A DNA stretch of 64,000 bases. Origin: Octopus sinensis. Its lineage: Eukaryota. The notes under the pieces were generated by a model. That model did no database searches and was not told the DNA's origin. It saw only the letters and a program-made list of their open reading frames with translations. Numbering within the stretch: the first letter of the stretch is position 1; each line of letters starts with the position of its first letter. Shown here in pieces: positions 38,663 through 52,703 of the stretch. The position numbers and the translations under genes were made by a program. The stretch spans positions 79,174,001-79,238,000 of the forward strand of contig NC_043004.1 of assembly GCF_006345805.1 (NCBI RefSeq), given 5' to 3'.

Positions 38663-38957
38663 GCTATATTAAATCTGAGCGAAATATAAACAGTAGCAGC
38701 ACGAAACTGTAACATATAACTGCCAACTATATATATATATATATATAGTGAGATGAGAATTAAAAACTTTTACAAACTTAACTTTTCTTATACTGCAGTT
38801 TCGCCAAATTCAGCAATAAAAATAGTATTTATTTACTCAGGCTGGCTCTTCAGTAAGATTCCTGTTAATGATGGGAAGACCATATCAATAGACCCATGTG
38901 CGTCTATCGAAATGCTCTTTCTAGACTATTCAAAACACTGAAGATAGATAGATAGAC

Positions 38958-39023
<66 letters not shown>

Positions 39024-39660
39024 GTGTGTGTGTGTGCAATGTATAAATAGATGTGTATATATATATATATGCATGTAAATGTATGTGTGTGGGTGGGTGT
39101 TTATATAAAGGATTATTCTATATGCACACACGCACACACACACTGATAGATAGATAGACAGACAGACAGACGAATAGACATTTATCGTGGAGTAAATTTT
39201 GTAACCGGCAGACGTTAAAAAGCGACCGGAGGGCCGACATTTTCGAACGCTTGTTCCTTGAGTCACATTGTAGCGTCTGCGGACGATTAAAACTTACGCC
39301 CGGCAAACGGAAATCTGCTTAACTCAGCAATACTGGGATGATGGTGATGATATCATTTAATTACGGCACCCCTTCTGATACAAACAGTTTCAACTTTCTC
39401 AATAAATAAAACAAAGAAACAAATATATAAATAACAGATGTAACATTATAGTCGTCGTGCAGCAGCCGCGGCCTTTTTGACTTTCCACCAAAACTAGTTC
39501 CGTGTTAGGCTTCTCTGTTTCCCAGTATATTCTTCGAGTGTTGCGTCCGCCTTTTAGAAGAACTGCCACCGGCATTTCGGCCAAAGGGAACGAAAGCTAA
39601 GAGGCTTCTTTTTCTTATTTGTTATCCACCCTGCCATGTTTTTTTTTTTTTTTATAGTCG

Positions 39661-40055
39661 CAGGCGTGGTTTTGTGTTAAGTAGCTGGCTTATCAACCAC
39701 ATGGTTCCGGGTTCAGTTCTACTGTCTGGCACCTTGGGAAAGTGTTTTCTGCTATAGCCCAGAGCCGACCAAAGCCTTGTGGGTGGATTTGGTAGACGGA
39801 AACTGAAAGAAGCTCTGTGTGTGTGTGTATGCATGTATGTCTGTATTTGTGTGTCTGTGTTTGTCCCCCACCCCCACCATCGCCACTTAACAACTGATAT
39901 TGGTACATTTACGTCCCCGTAACTTAGCGGTTCGGCATAAGCGTCCGATAGAGTAAGTACTAGGCTTAGAAAGAATAAGTCCTAGGGTCGATTTGTTCGA
40001 CTAAAGGCGGTGCTCCAGCATGACCGCAGTCAAATGACTGAAACAAATATAAGAA
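39661..40055 (+). mobile_element. SINE family B
   Basis: Near-full-length copy. Confidence 0.85.
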
Positions 40056-40071
40056 TGAAAGAACATTATGT

Positions 40072-40313
40072 GAAGGCGCGTGGCCTAGTGGTTAGGCGTG
40101 TTGCACTCGCAACCAAGAGATCACAGTTTCGATTCCCAGACCAGCTGTGTTTTGTGTTCATGAGCAAAACACTTCATTTCACGTTGCTCCAGTACACTCA
40201 GCTGTAAATGGGTCACCCTATGACGGACTGTCTTTCCGATCAGGGGGCACGGTGCAAAGGGCATTGTGACCAGCGATGTATAACAACATCTGATAGTTTG
40301 GTCGATCACGTGA
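40072..40313 (+). mobile_element. SINE family D
   Basis: A box TGGCCTAGTGG, B-box-like agtttcgattcc, tail cattgtgaccagcgatg..catctgatag. Confidence 0.75.
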
Positions 40314-40734
40314 TTACTATAGTATGTTACAAGACATAAACATTGCTATGATATGACAGCAACGTACCAGACCCGGCGACGCGTCGGTTCACCTGTTGTC
40401 GAACCAGCCTCACGATAGAGGGCGATGATTGGGTGATAAGGATTGGAATCTCCTGTACTATACTTTGCCCACAATTCACTGCACGATATCATAGATTGAC
40501 AATCGATTAAATCGATTTCAGTGATTGATTAGTACTTAACTTGACTGCTAATTAATTATTATTGATTGAGGAAAGGTAAACAAACAAAAAAAACGATGTT
40601 AACCTGTATGTGACTATAATTTCGACTGTATTAAGCCATATTAATCATTATTAAACTATATTACTAAACAGCAGTATTGGCTTCAATTCACTTTAAAAAG
40701 CATCGCGCTTACTTTCTTTCTAAACGCAGTTCTT

Positions 40735-40782
<48 letters not shown>

Positions 40783-40905
40783 TCTCTCTCTCTCCCTACA
40801 TCTGTGTGTATGTGTCGCTGGAGAGGCGTTTATTTTTAAAATATAATTTAAGTTGTATGAAAAGCGTTGCGCAACTTTTAACATAACTTGTCATGTTTTA
40901 AAACC

Positions 40906-42505
40906 TTGAGTGCGAGTGAGATGCTTGTGTAACAAGATTGAGTGTGATCGAAGATGCTTGTGTAACAAGATTGAGTGTGAGCGAAGATGCTTGTGTAACA
41001 AGATTGAGTGTGAGCGAAGATGCTTGTGTAACAAGATTGAGTGTGAGCGAGGATGCTTGTGTAACAAGGTTGAGTGTGAGCGAAGATGCTTGTGTAACAA
41101 GATTGAGTGTGAGCGAAGATGCTTGTGTAACAAGATTGAGTGTGAGCGAGGATGCTTGTGTAACAAGGTGAGTGTGAGCGAAGATGCTTGTGTAACAAGA
41201 TTGAGTGTGAGCGAGGATGCTTGTGTAACAAGGTTGAGTGTGAGCGAAGATGCTTGTGTAACAAGATTGAGTGTGAGCGAAGATGCTTGTGTAACAAGAT
41301 TGAGTGTGAGCGAAGATGCTTGTGTAACAAGATTGAGTGTGATCGAAGATGCTTGTGTAACAAGATTGAGTGTGAGCGAGGATGCTTGTGTAACAAGGTT
41401 GAGTGTGAGCGAAGATGCTTGTGTAACAAGATTGAGTGTGAGCGAAGATGCTTGTGTACAAGATTGAGTGTGAGCGAGGATGCTTGTGTAACAAGGTTGA
41501 GTGTGAGCGAAGATGCTTGTGTAACAAGATTGAGTGTGAGCGAGGATGCTTGTGTAACAAGGTTGAGTGTGAGCGAAGATGCTTGTGTAACAAGATTGAG
41601 TGTGAGCGAAGATGCTTGTGTAACAAGATTGAGTGTGAGCGAAGATGCTTGTGTAACAAGATTGAGTGTGATCGAAGATGCTTGTGTAACAAGATTGAGT
41701 GTGAGCGAGGATGCTTGTGTAACAAGGTTGAGTGTGAGCGAAGATGCTTGTGTAACAAGATTGAGTGTGAGCGAAGATGCTTGTGTAACAAGATTGAGTG
41801 TGATCGAAGATGCTTGTGTAACAAGATTGAGTGTGAGCGAAGATGCTTGTGTAACAAGATTGAGTGTGAGCGAAGATGCTTGTGTAACAAGATTGAGTGT
41901 GAGCGAAGATGCTTGTGTAACAAGATTGAGTGTGAGCGAGGATGCTTGTGTAACAAGGTTGAGTGTGAGCGAAGATGCTTGTGTAACAAGATTGAGTGTG
42001 AGCGAGGATGCTTGTGTAACAAGGTTGAGTGTGAGCGAAGATGCTTGTGTAACAAGATTGAGTGTGAGCGAAGATGCTTGTGTAACAAGATTGAGTGTGA
42101 GCGAAGATGCTTGTGTAACAAGATTGAGTGTGATCGAAGATGCTTGTGTAACAAGATTGAGTGTGAGCGAAGATGCTTGTGTAACAAGATTGAGTGTGAT
42201 CGAAGATGCTTGTGTAACAAGATTGAGTGTGAGCGAAGATGCTTGTGTAACAAGATTGAGTGTGAGCGAAGATGCTTGTGTAACAAGATTGAGTGTGATC
42301 GAAGATGCTTGTGTAACAAGATTGAGTGTGAGCGAAGAATCTTGTGTAACAAGATTGAGTGTGAGCGAAGATGCTTATGTAACAAGATTGAGTGTGAGCG
42401 AAGATGCTTGTGTAACAAGATTGAGTGTGATCGAAGATGCTTGTGTAACAAGATTGAGTATGAGCGAAGATGCTTGTGTAACAAGACTGAGTTTCAGTGA
42501 ACGAA
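40906..42505. repeat. 33-bp minisatellite, about 48 units (GATTGAGTGTGAGCGAAGATGCTTGTGTAACAA)
   Basis: Direct reading; 11-aa periodicity in the ORF track. Confidence 0.97.
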
Positions 42506-43398
42506 GGCGTCGGTATTTGTCGAGATCCAAAACTATATACTCAAGTGACATTGTCTGCAAATCCATAGTTTCAACATATTAACTGCCAAACTTTTCAAAA
42601 GTATCGGAAGTACCGTTAACTATAAACACACTAACAACGGGAAGTATTTCCCTTAAGTCGGGTAACGGCCTCGGGTGGAAACCTACATCAAAATATGTGC
42701 TCCCTCGCCAGTTTGGTTTTGTCTTCTATTATAATTCCATTCACGGCGACTTGGTGGCAGAATCGTTAGCGCGTCAGAAAAATTGCTTTACGGCATTTCT
42801 TCTCGCTGCTTACGTTCTGTGTTCAAATTCCGCTGTGATCGACTTTGCCTTTCATCCTTTCGGAGTCGATAAAACAAAGTACCAGACAAACACTGGGGTC
42901 GAAGTTGGCCTTGCCCCAAAATTTGAAACCGTTATACTTCCAATTAAATCAATGATGTCTTATACGAATATTTATCGATAAACATTAATCGATAAATCGT
43001 CCCTAATGGTCTACTGATACTTCGTTTTATCGGCCTCGAGAGTATAAACAGCTAACTTGATCTCGAGAGGATTTGAACCCGGAACATCAAAAATCGTTAC
43101 TAAATATCGCTCGGTGTTTCTGTCTGTCCGACGCTCTGACGATTCCGTCTGTTCAACGTTTAGTTTTGGATCTTGTTCTAATTCCTAATTCTCTTAATAA
43201 ACACTCACACACATACACACGCACTCAAACACACACACAGATACATTCTCTCTCACACACAGAAACTTTCTCACGTCAGTGGTGGGTGTGTGCGTGTGTG
43301 CGTGTGTTACAGCTTATCTACATACATATATATTATTTAGAGGTATATGTATATATTTACATATACACACACAGGAGATAGATTGATAACTAAGAGTA

Positions 43399-43500
<102 letters not shown>

Positions 43501-44344
43501 AATTCTAGCAAATAACCCAAGCATGCGAAAACCTTAAACTATCTTGTACAGAACAACCAACGAGATGAACATAGCTACATACCAATGTTAAAGACTATTT
43601 CCTATGATTAAAAATTTTTTTAAATTGTATTTGAAAAAAAGAAAATTCGATCAAATGTTTTAAGATATTTCCTTCTCTCTACGGAAAACAAAAAATTTAT
43701 AAGAACTATCAAGAGTTCATTCACTTGCCCTGAGACCAGCCATTCCTCCGAGAGATGTAGTCATGTAGAGCGTGGTGTGACAGAATGGTAGTTATATAGG
43801 CTGACTGTCAAACGAGAAGATATTTTGATTCGTTTAATTTTCATATTGAACAGGGTATATAAGGGGAGGTAGTGAGAGAGAGAGAGAGAGAGAGAATGAC
43901 AAGTGGATATATAAGATTGATAGGATAAACTGGTTGTTTTATGGAACAAATGAGAATTCCATTAGAAAAAGTTTTAATCCATTTATAAGTTTATATATAT
44001 ATATAAAAGAATACAAAAAAATGGGAGACTAGAACGCAACAGGCGACAACAAGACATCCAGACAGATGATACAAAAAGGGACAAGGAAAAACAAGGACGG
44101 ATCATTCGGACTTTTCTTTCGTCAGTCAAGTTCCAGATTATCTTTGCAATTTCGGCTGGTTAAATTCGAGACTGCTCCAATCTGGCCAGCCTCAAGGAAA
44201 ATCTAAGCTAAGAGCTCTAGATTCCTTGGAAGAAAGCAACGAATGTATACGTAAAAAGGACAAAAAAAATGGAGAAATGGTACACAAATACAAATGCATA
44301 AACAGGACATTAACAACAGGTGCCTTTCGACTAAGGACGAATAG

Positions 44345-44416
<72 letters not shown>

Positions 44417-44864
44417 TGTGTGTGTGTGTGATCAACTTGACGGACAGATGCCTCATCAATGGAAGAAGGGGGCGACCAGATCTGGGAGCTGTTTCCACAG
44501 AGTTCCGACCATGTTTGAATTCACGATGCTAGCGTTTTACAAGGTCATATGATGGGGCATCATCACCATAAGTTACTTTCATTTCATCAAAAGTCTCCCG
44601 TGGTGTGCGTCCTTTCAAATACAAAAACCGGATCACTGCTCGACACTCAACAGGCTCCATTTCACACTTGACTCAGTTCAAACACCTGTAAATCACAAAC
44701 CACAATTAGTTCAGAGCAATTTGCCAGTTAATCTATAGAGATATAAATAATTGCACATGCAAAATTTCAGCTAGATCAAACAACTGCAAGTGGGTCAGAG
44801 GCATTACTTATTGAACCTCCCTCGTATCTATAGTGAGTTATCAGTATCGCTATGCCTAAGCAAA

Positions 44865-44912
<48 letters not shown>

Positions 44913-44929
44913 TGTGTGTTCAAAGCATG

Positions 44930-46395
44930 GTTCTTGGACACAACTCTACAACATCATAACACTAACTTTAACGATCTCCAAAAGAACATAGACGTTCAAT
45001 GCATATACCTTGAGTTCGCTAAAACCTTTGACAAGATTGATCGCGGAATCATCTGTCATAGATCAAGAAATCTTGGTATCACTGGCAACCACGGTGTATG
45101 GCTCAACGAATTTTTACATAGTAAAAGCCAAGCTATTGTTGCCAATGACTTCTTTTCTAAGTCACCCGTAGCAAATGATGTTCCCTCAAAGTACAGTCTT
45201 CGGGTTACTACAATTCACCATCACGCTATCGTGAATATAATTTCACGAGTATTCATGACGTTTCTGACAATGTCATAAACATATTGATTGTAATGAAAAC
45301 CGCAGAAGTTGCCGATGCATTTGAGAATGAGCCAAATTTTATCTATCAGTGTGTGGGGACCGGCATGTCAAAGAATTGACCCAACGTTTCCTCTGTGTGT
45401 CGTAAAATGCAGCTAAAAGAAGTTGGGGTCGGATTTGCACTCTGACTCCGCAAAACCCTCAACAGAAACGACTGACAAAAAACAGACCCATTGGTAGGAA
45501 GATTATCCTCTGAGTGGCAAAAAGGTTTCATCCACCAGGAGTTGTAGGGACCCGCCAATAAATGGTGGATGAGGCGATGTGCTGTTACAGCTTATGCCTC
45601 CATACTACCTCTACTATTGATGAGCGAACGAAAATAATATGGAACTCAACGCATCAAAATTCCAAGTTCTTAAATACAAAATAAATGGCCACAGTACAAA
45701 TTATTTTATGCCTGTGATTACAGCAATTCAAATCTCTGAAGTAATAAGAGAGTTCGGAATAAGTTTTTCAAACGATGCTTCTTTCATCCGAGATACTACT
45801 AAACTGACTTCTTATTGCAAACATCTCCCAGAATGGGTCTTCCAAAGCGTCATCTTAAAAGGATCGATAGTTATGTGACCATATGGAACACCTATGTTTT
45901 GGCTATTTTCAATGACTGATCACAGTGCTTAACACCGATCACACCTAGTTCAATGCAAAAAAAATGTAATTGAAGGTTACAGAATACGGTTATTAATAGA
46001 ATAATTTCAGAAAAACGCCTTAATTATTTGGAAGGTCTTAAAGCTCTACATTTGTATTCTCTTGAACGTGGTAGAGAGAAAGCGAGAGAGGGAGAGGGAC
46101 TGCTATCTATATAGGAAAGATCCTGGAAGGCCGTGTCTTAAATTTTGGTCTTATTAGAACTTTCATGTAAGAATTGACAGATAGAACCAGATTCCAGATA
46201 TATCACCTTCTCCACCGAGAATAAGGACATTTTTTGTAACAATCTACATTTAAAGACGGTCTCCCTTGAAAATATAAAAAGTGATGCTGGCAGTTGTTTG
46301 AAAGGGAAAGCTGAACAAATTCCTGACAAGAATACAAGACCAGTCAACAATACAAGGTTACATTTAGAAAAGATCAGCTGCAACAAATTCAAGTA
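44930..46395 (+). mobile_element. Decayed CR1/L2-group LINE (RT and C-terminus) with an insertion at about 45340-45590
   Basis: IDVQCIYLEFAKTFDKIDRGIICHRSRNLGITGNHGVWLNEFL, MELNASKFQVLKY, LKALHLYSLER, KILEGRV, KLNKFLTRIQDQ. Confidence 0.8.
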
Positions 46396-46522
46396 GGGCT
46401 CAAATTACGGTCATAAAAAATTAATAGAAGCGGGGGGGAAAAGGCGATGCCCACGCATGGCCGCGGTCCAGTGACTAAAACCAATAAAAGAATAAATAGA
46501 ATAGAACGAATGTATATATGTG

Positions 46523-46565
<43 letters not shown>

Positions 46566-46647
46566 TATATGTGTATAGAGGATAGAATGTGTGTGTATGT
46601 AATACATATGTATAAATAATAGTATATAAATATATATAACGTGTGCA

Positions 46648-46678
<31 letters not shown>

Positions 46679-47229
46679 ATGTATGTATGTATGTATGTAT
46701 ATTATCGCATCTTGGGAGGGTCGTGTTGGCAATCTGACCCTCCCAATATACAACATCTGTTTCAACACAAGATTTCATGTCAACAAAAAAAACAATCAAA
46801 TAAGTATGTGTGTGTATGTATGTGTGTATGTATATGTGTATGTATGTGTGTATGCGTGTGTGTATGCGTGTATGTGTGCGTGTGTATGTAGGTTTATGTG
46901 TGTGTATGTGTGTGTAAACTGAAAATATAATAGCATTTAGAATTAACGAAATCTACGTAAAGGCCATTTTTCTTCTACCCTGGGTCCCCTGTGTATAGAA
47001 ACTAGTGGAGTACACTTGGTTTAGAGTACATTTTTTCTTTTCTGTGTTCTTCTATGGCGGAAGACACTAATCCAGTTGCTTAACGGAGCAAATATTTCAA
47101 GTTCACGTGGTCTAAATTATTGGCACGTGAGCAAATATTCATGGTTTTTTGAGATGTGAGATATTTAATTATAATCACGTTATTCAGTACAGATTGGATG
47201 TGCGCACGCGTGAGAGAGAGAGAGAGAGA

Positions 47230-47640
47230 GAGAAAGAGAGGGATGCTGCTGCTGACGATGATGATAGAAGTGGTATTGGTGGTGGGGGTGGGGGTGGGGT
47301 GGTGGAGGCGATGATGCTGATCATAATGATGTGGATGGTGGTAATGATGAGAACGGTAGTAATGATGATGGCAATGATGATAATGATGAAGAGGAGGAGG
47401 AGGATAATGATAATGATGGCGACGATGTTAATCATGATGATAAGGATGATGAGGAGGAAGAGAAGGAGGATAACCATGATGATGATGATGATGATAAGGT
47501 GCAGGAGGGGATTAATGATAACGATGATGACTATTATCACAACTCATTTGATGTTTGCGTTTGTTTATGAGAGTGGCATTGGTGGCTTCTCAGGTCAATG
47601 TCTTCGAGCTTCTTGTCTGTTCCCAGCCAGCAGCAGCAGC

Positions 47641-47690
<50 letters not shown>

Positions 47691-47717
47691 AAGGAGAAGA
47701 AAAAGAAGAAGAAGAAT

Positions 47718-47771
<54 letters not shown>

Positions 47772-47775
47772 ATGA
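47230..47775. repeat. Trinucleotide mosaic (GAT)n/(GAG)n/(AGT)n
   Basis: Direct reading. Confidence 0.92.
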
Positions 47776-47982
47776 TTAGCCCATGGTTGGCCCTGTTGGA
47801 GTAGACCCATCTATGATCAAAGTGGAGGGCGTTCCAGTCATGAGTATCCCGTCCTTTTCTTTTCTTTTTCTTTTTTTTTTTTTACTGTTTATTCGGAACT
47901 TTTAATGTTTAATTACTTCTTATTTTTAGACAACGTTTAGCAGGATGGGTTTGAGGGAGATTTGGAGAAGATACCTGAAGCT

Positions 47983-48041
<59 letters not shown>

Positions 48042-48336
48042 CGTGCGTGCGTGTGTGTTTGGTAAATGGTTTGGTAAATTAAATTTGCTGCTTAGAGTAC
48101 TTTCTTGATTAAGAGAGATAAATCAGATATTTGCAATGGATCTGAAGACATAGGTGCAAACATTTCTATGAGGTTAAGAAGTCTGATTTGAAACTCCGTG
48201 ATTCAGCGTTCGATCCTACTGAGCGACACCATGGGCAAGTGTCTTCGACAAAAGCTTAATTAATGGCGACTTTATATCTTGTAAGTATAATTTGGAAGAC
48301 AGGAAATTTGCAGAAGCCGGTTTATATGCGTTTGTT

Positions 48337-50040
48337 AAGGCGGCGAGCTGGCAGAATTGTTAGCACATCGGGCGAAATGCTTTACGTTCTGAGTTCAAAT
48401 TCCGCCAAGGTTGACTTTGCCCTTCATCCTTTCGGGGATCGATAAATTAAGTACCAGTTGCGTAGTGGGCTCGATCTAATCGACTATCCCCACCTCCCCC
48501 AACAAAATAAAAATTCGAGCCTTGTGCCTAGAGTAGAAAAGAATATAGTTTTAGGTTCAGTCCCACTGTGCAGTACCTTGGGCAAGTGTCTTCTGATATA
48601 ATCCTGATGGGTAGGTGTGTGGCTTGGTGGTTAGGGTATTTGGTTCATGATCGTATGGTTGTGAGTTCGATTCTTGGCGGCGCGTTTTGTCCTTGCGCCA
48701 ACCCACTCAGGTGACAAAAATGAGTCATGCCTGTAATCACAGATACAAAAATTATTTGTACCTGTAATTCAAAGGATCAGCCCCAGTAGTGATTATTTTA
48801 TCGACCCCTACAGGATGAAAAGCGAAGTCGACTTCAGCAGAATTTGAACTCAGAACGTAGGGATGGACGAAATACTGCTAAGTATTTCGCCCGGCGCTCA
48901 ACCGATTCTGCCAGCTCACTGCCTCACCACAATTTATTCGAGCGAATCCATCCTTTCATCAACAAGAGATTATTCTCATATAGACAACCCCTAAACCCAA
49001 GGTGTCACGTAGTGGGACTGAACTCGGAGCTGTATGGCTGGGAAACAAGGTTCTTACCACACAGCCACGCCTGCGCCCTTAGATATGTATAGAGAGAAAG
49101 AGAGATTAATTAGAAGACGCCTTCGAATTGAGTTTTTGCTTAATTACTCTAAAATTCCGTTAATGATTTCTGTTTCCGTTCGTTATTGAACAGTGCTGGA
49201 AGCAATATAAGACCTTGTACTTCCGTGGGAAATAAACATAAAAATTGTTTAGTTTGAAATTATATTTAAGAAAAATTTAGCAAAAGGAAAACAACTTTCA
49301 GCATAAAATCTTAACTCTATATTCTTTTCTACTCTTGGCATAAGGCCCGAAATTCTGGTGGTGTGGGGCGGGGGCAGTCGATTAGATCGACCTCAGTACG
49401 CAACTGATACTTAATTTATCGATCCCGAAAGGATGAACGGCAAGTTTGATCTCGGCGGAATTTGAACTCAGAACGTAAAGACAGACGAAATACTGCTAAG
49501 CATTTCGCCCGGCGTGCTAAAGATTCTGCCAGCTCGCTGCCTTCATCTTAACACTATATTATTTTCGTACTAACAAAGAAGCTCTGTGCTGCCTGGTTGT
49601 TATATCGAAGTAATACTATGAAAATTAATATACAGATTTTGGTACATAAGACGAATTATTTGACCGACAAAATAAGATGTTGGTGTAGTTCTCACCAATG
49701 TGGGAATTACAGTAGAATTTTCTCGTACATTAATTCATAAACAATAAACAATATTCTTGGTTTTTGCCTTGTAGTTATTATGTATGATAAAAATACTATC
49801 AGGGTTCCCAATTCTTGAGATATTAGTTTCAAATTTTAGCACAACGCCAGCAAGTTCGGGGGTTGGGGAATAAGTCGATTACATCGACCCCAGTGCTCAA
49901 CATGGTATTTATTGTATCGATCCTCAAAGGAATGAAAGGCAAAGTCGATCTGGGCGGAATTCGAACGCAGAGCGTAAAGACGGACGAAATGCCACTATGA
50001 ATTTCGCCCGGTATGCAAACGATTCTGCCAACTTGCCTTG
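48337..50040. mobile_element. Cluster of SINEs on both strands (family A at 48337+, 48780-, 49322-, 49826-; B and D fragments)
   Basis: Recurrent family motifs. Confidence 0.8.
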
Positions 50041-50059
50041 AGGTATTAACATAAAATGT

Positions 50060-51930
50060 AAAGAGACAGGATCCGCCATGTAAAAATTTTCATTCTGGCT
50101 TGTTTTGGGAAGTTACCCGACATTTTCCCTGAGTATTCATCCTAAGTTATTTCATAGATTATGGGAATAATAGCAAACATCTATCATATCTAACTGACCA
50201 ATCGAGTAACTGCAGCTCCCTTCGGTCTGTTTCCAATATTCATTGTTTTGTAGATGCACATGAAGTCATCATGCTTCTTAATGCATTGAGCAAATCCTTC
50301 ATGCAAAGCTCAGATAATGTCGGTTCTTGAAAAATCTAGAAATGTAGCCGCACGCAAACACACTCTGCAGTAGCCGTAGGGCGGCACGGAATTAACACGT
50401 CCAATAACATCGCTTTTTGTTGTCTTATTCGTGTTCTTCAACCTCTTGATCCTACTTCCAACGACACCGTTTCTTTTCATTAGTCCAGATGAAATGAATT
50501 AGGATCTCTTCATACAAAAAGGAGAATTTGAGCAGATTCGTCTTCTTGACGGGGCTTGAAAAGAGCAGATTAAATTAATCTTAAATGGTGCCTGGGCGGA
50601 CTGAACTGATGAGCTACAACCTCGGTGAAGTGTACTGTCTGTGCATCTTTTAAATTGACTGCATTTTTTTTCGATGTCAAATATAAATACTCCACCAGGT
50701 ACCTTCGTTACAGGGAATGTACCAGCCTGGCTGACACCGTTTGACTAAATCCAACCTTCGCTCAATCCGTATCAATAACAAAGATATCTATGTCACTGCC
50801 CTTATTAACATACTTTGTGACACATATGAGTGCTGTCACAGAGCTGTTGTACTCAGCACTGAAGAGTACCTTTAGAAGGTTACACAACAAATTGCTGAGA
50901 GAGACTACCTAACGACTGTTCAACGTGAGCTCCTCTCCTTGAACTTATAGATATGTTATCTTGCCTTCATCTTTCCGTTTATACCCACTATAAAATGGGT
51001 ACCCCTCGTTGTTGTTTCAGTTTCTTAAAAAAGTTTCCAGAATATCTTTTGGCGCGTTTTAGCCTTGCATACAAGGTAATGCCCTTTAAGTGGTAGCCTA
51101 TCCCTGGATTTTATACATCATGTTCTTGCCAGTTTCGAATGTCGTCTCAACTGCGAGATTGTATGTTTGAAAATAGCAATTCAACTTTACCTACTGAGTA
51201 GCATAAATCTAATCTTTCTCCGGGCACCACAACGCTAACAGCATTTACTTATTTTGCCCCATGGTCACTTTTGGATTATCTGTGTAAGACTTGTGCTGTG
51301 CATTTAGTGGTGAAATGAAAAAGAAAATCACCCATCATCCAGTATATATTTCTTAGACCCCTGCTTCCATTCAAACTACATAACAGTGTACTTGTTACAA
51401 GTTCAAATCCGCTTGAGGCATATCCGAACTCGCAAGAAAGTCATTCATGTATTTTGTCATAGAGAAATCTTCTCGTTGTAGTCAAATAGGTATAAATACA
51501 CCAAGTTAGCTCACAGCTCTCCCTAACCAGAGGCATTTCGGAGTTGTTATCTCCTCTTCAGCAACAGAGACCGGAAAACCAGACGCTGCGAACTGACACG
51601 AGAGACAGCCTCCCCTAATAATATTCCCGTCATCGTTCAGTAACTGGTTGAGCTATTCAGTGGCTCGCCATAAATAAATTATCCTTTTCCGATCGCTTAT
51701 TCTCTTGCAACATTCCTTTATCTATTTAATTCAAACAATGTTATCCTTTTGTTTCTGATTCCTGTAATTGTATCACAACAGCTTAAACCCTGATACGAAC
51801 TAAATGAACCTATCGAACTTCCGTTTCTCCAGATTGCAGTACTTTTTTCTTTATAGCTTTTGCAGAATACTTTACAGATGGTGTTCTCTTTGAACTTTGG
51901 CCGAGACATCTTGAGGTGGAAAACCACCTA
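50060..51930 (-). mobile_element. Possible heavily decayed LTR-retrotransposon (Ty3/Gypsy) pol remnant
   Basis: High-complexity block free of SINEs and microsatellites. Weak minus-strand traces SYTDNP, DDIRNWQEHD and QQFVV*PS occur in the expected RNaseH-linker-integrase order. Confidence 0.28.
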
Positions 51931-52502
51931 TACATAGAGATCTAGATTTAAATATAGAGTGAAGGATAGAGATGCGTCTTTATAATCGTAGTATTAATAG
52001 CAAACCACAGAGAATTTACACTTTCTGTTGTTGGTTTAAACGGTGTATGTCATTAGTTTAAATATAGAATAAAGAGTAGGCCTACATCTTCTGTTAGGGA
52101 TATCAATTGTAGATAACATAAGAATTAATGCAGCATGCTATTGCATTTATGAATATTAAGACAAAATGATACAATGTTGCTGCAGATGAAGAATTCGACA
52201 CATCACACCGGAATACACATTTGTACGCACCACACACCTTTCCGAAATCATAACCGTCTTAAAATATCTTAGAACTTTACTCAATAATGTTGCAACAAAG
52301 TTTATTTGTTTTGTCTTTGTTTTGTTTTTGTTTTTGTCTGGTTATTTTTGTTTTGTTTGTTTTTGTCTTTTTTTTTTTAAACCACATTATAACCTTGCTT
52401 GGGTGAAAGTAAAGCGGAATCTGTTTGGTCTCAGGCGTCTAATTCTTGTGAGTTTCAAATGACACACGAACACACTAAAGCCAGGCTGGAGCGGACGTGC
52501 AT

Positions 52503-52552
<50 letters not shown>

Positions 52553-52669
52553 GTTGTGTTTACATTTATATGATACGCGTTCTTTACTTCTTTAATCATT
52601 TGATTAGCCATATACACAAATACTTATCTAGCTATCAGTGTGTATGTTTGTGTGTGTGTGTGTGTGCGT

Positions 52670-52703
<34 letters not shown>

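Noticed and set aside
40906-42505. CRISPR-like array, or 350-528 aa Cys/His-rich proteins
   Set aside because: Units are contiguous with no unique spacers and no cas genes, in eukaryotic context. The ORFs follow from a 33-bp unit lacking stops.
44095-44130. Minus-strand hammerhead-like CTGACGA...TCCGAAT
   Set aside because: The GAAA motif is broken, stem II is mismatched and no stem I pairs.
46138-46392. Minus-strand ORF resembling a secreted peptide
   Set aside because: Starts at TTG and is the antisense of the CR1-type LINE C-terminus. It shows that signal-like stretches can arise by chance.
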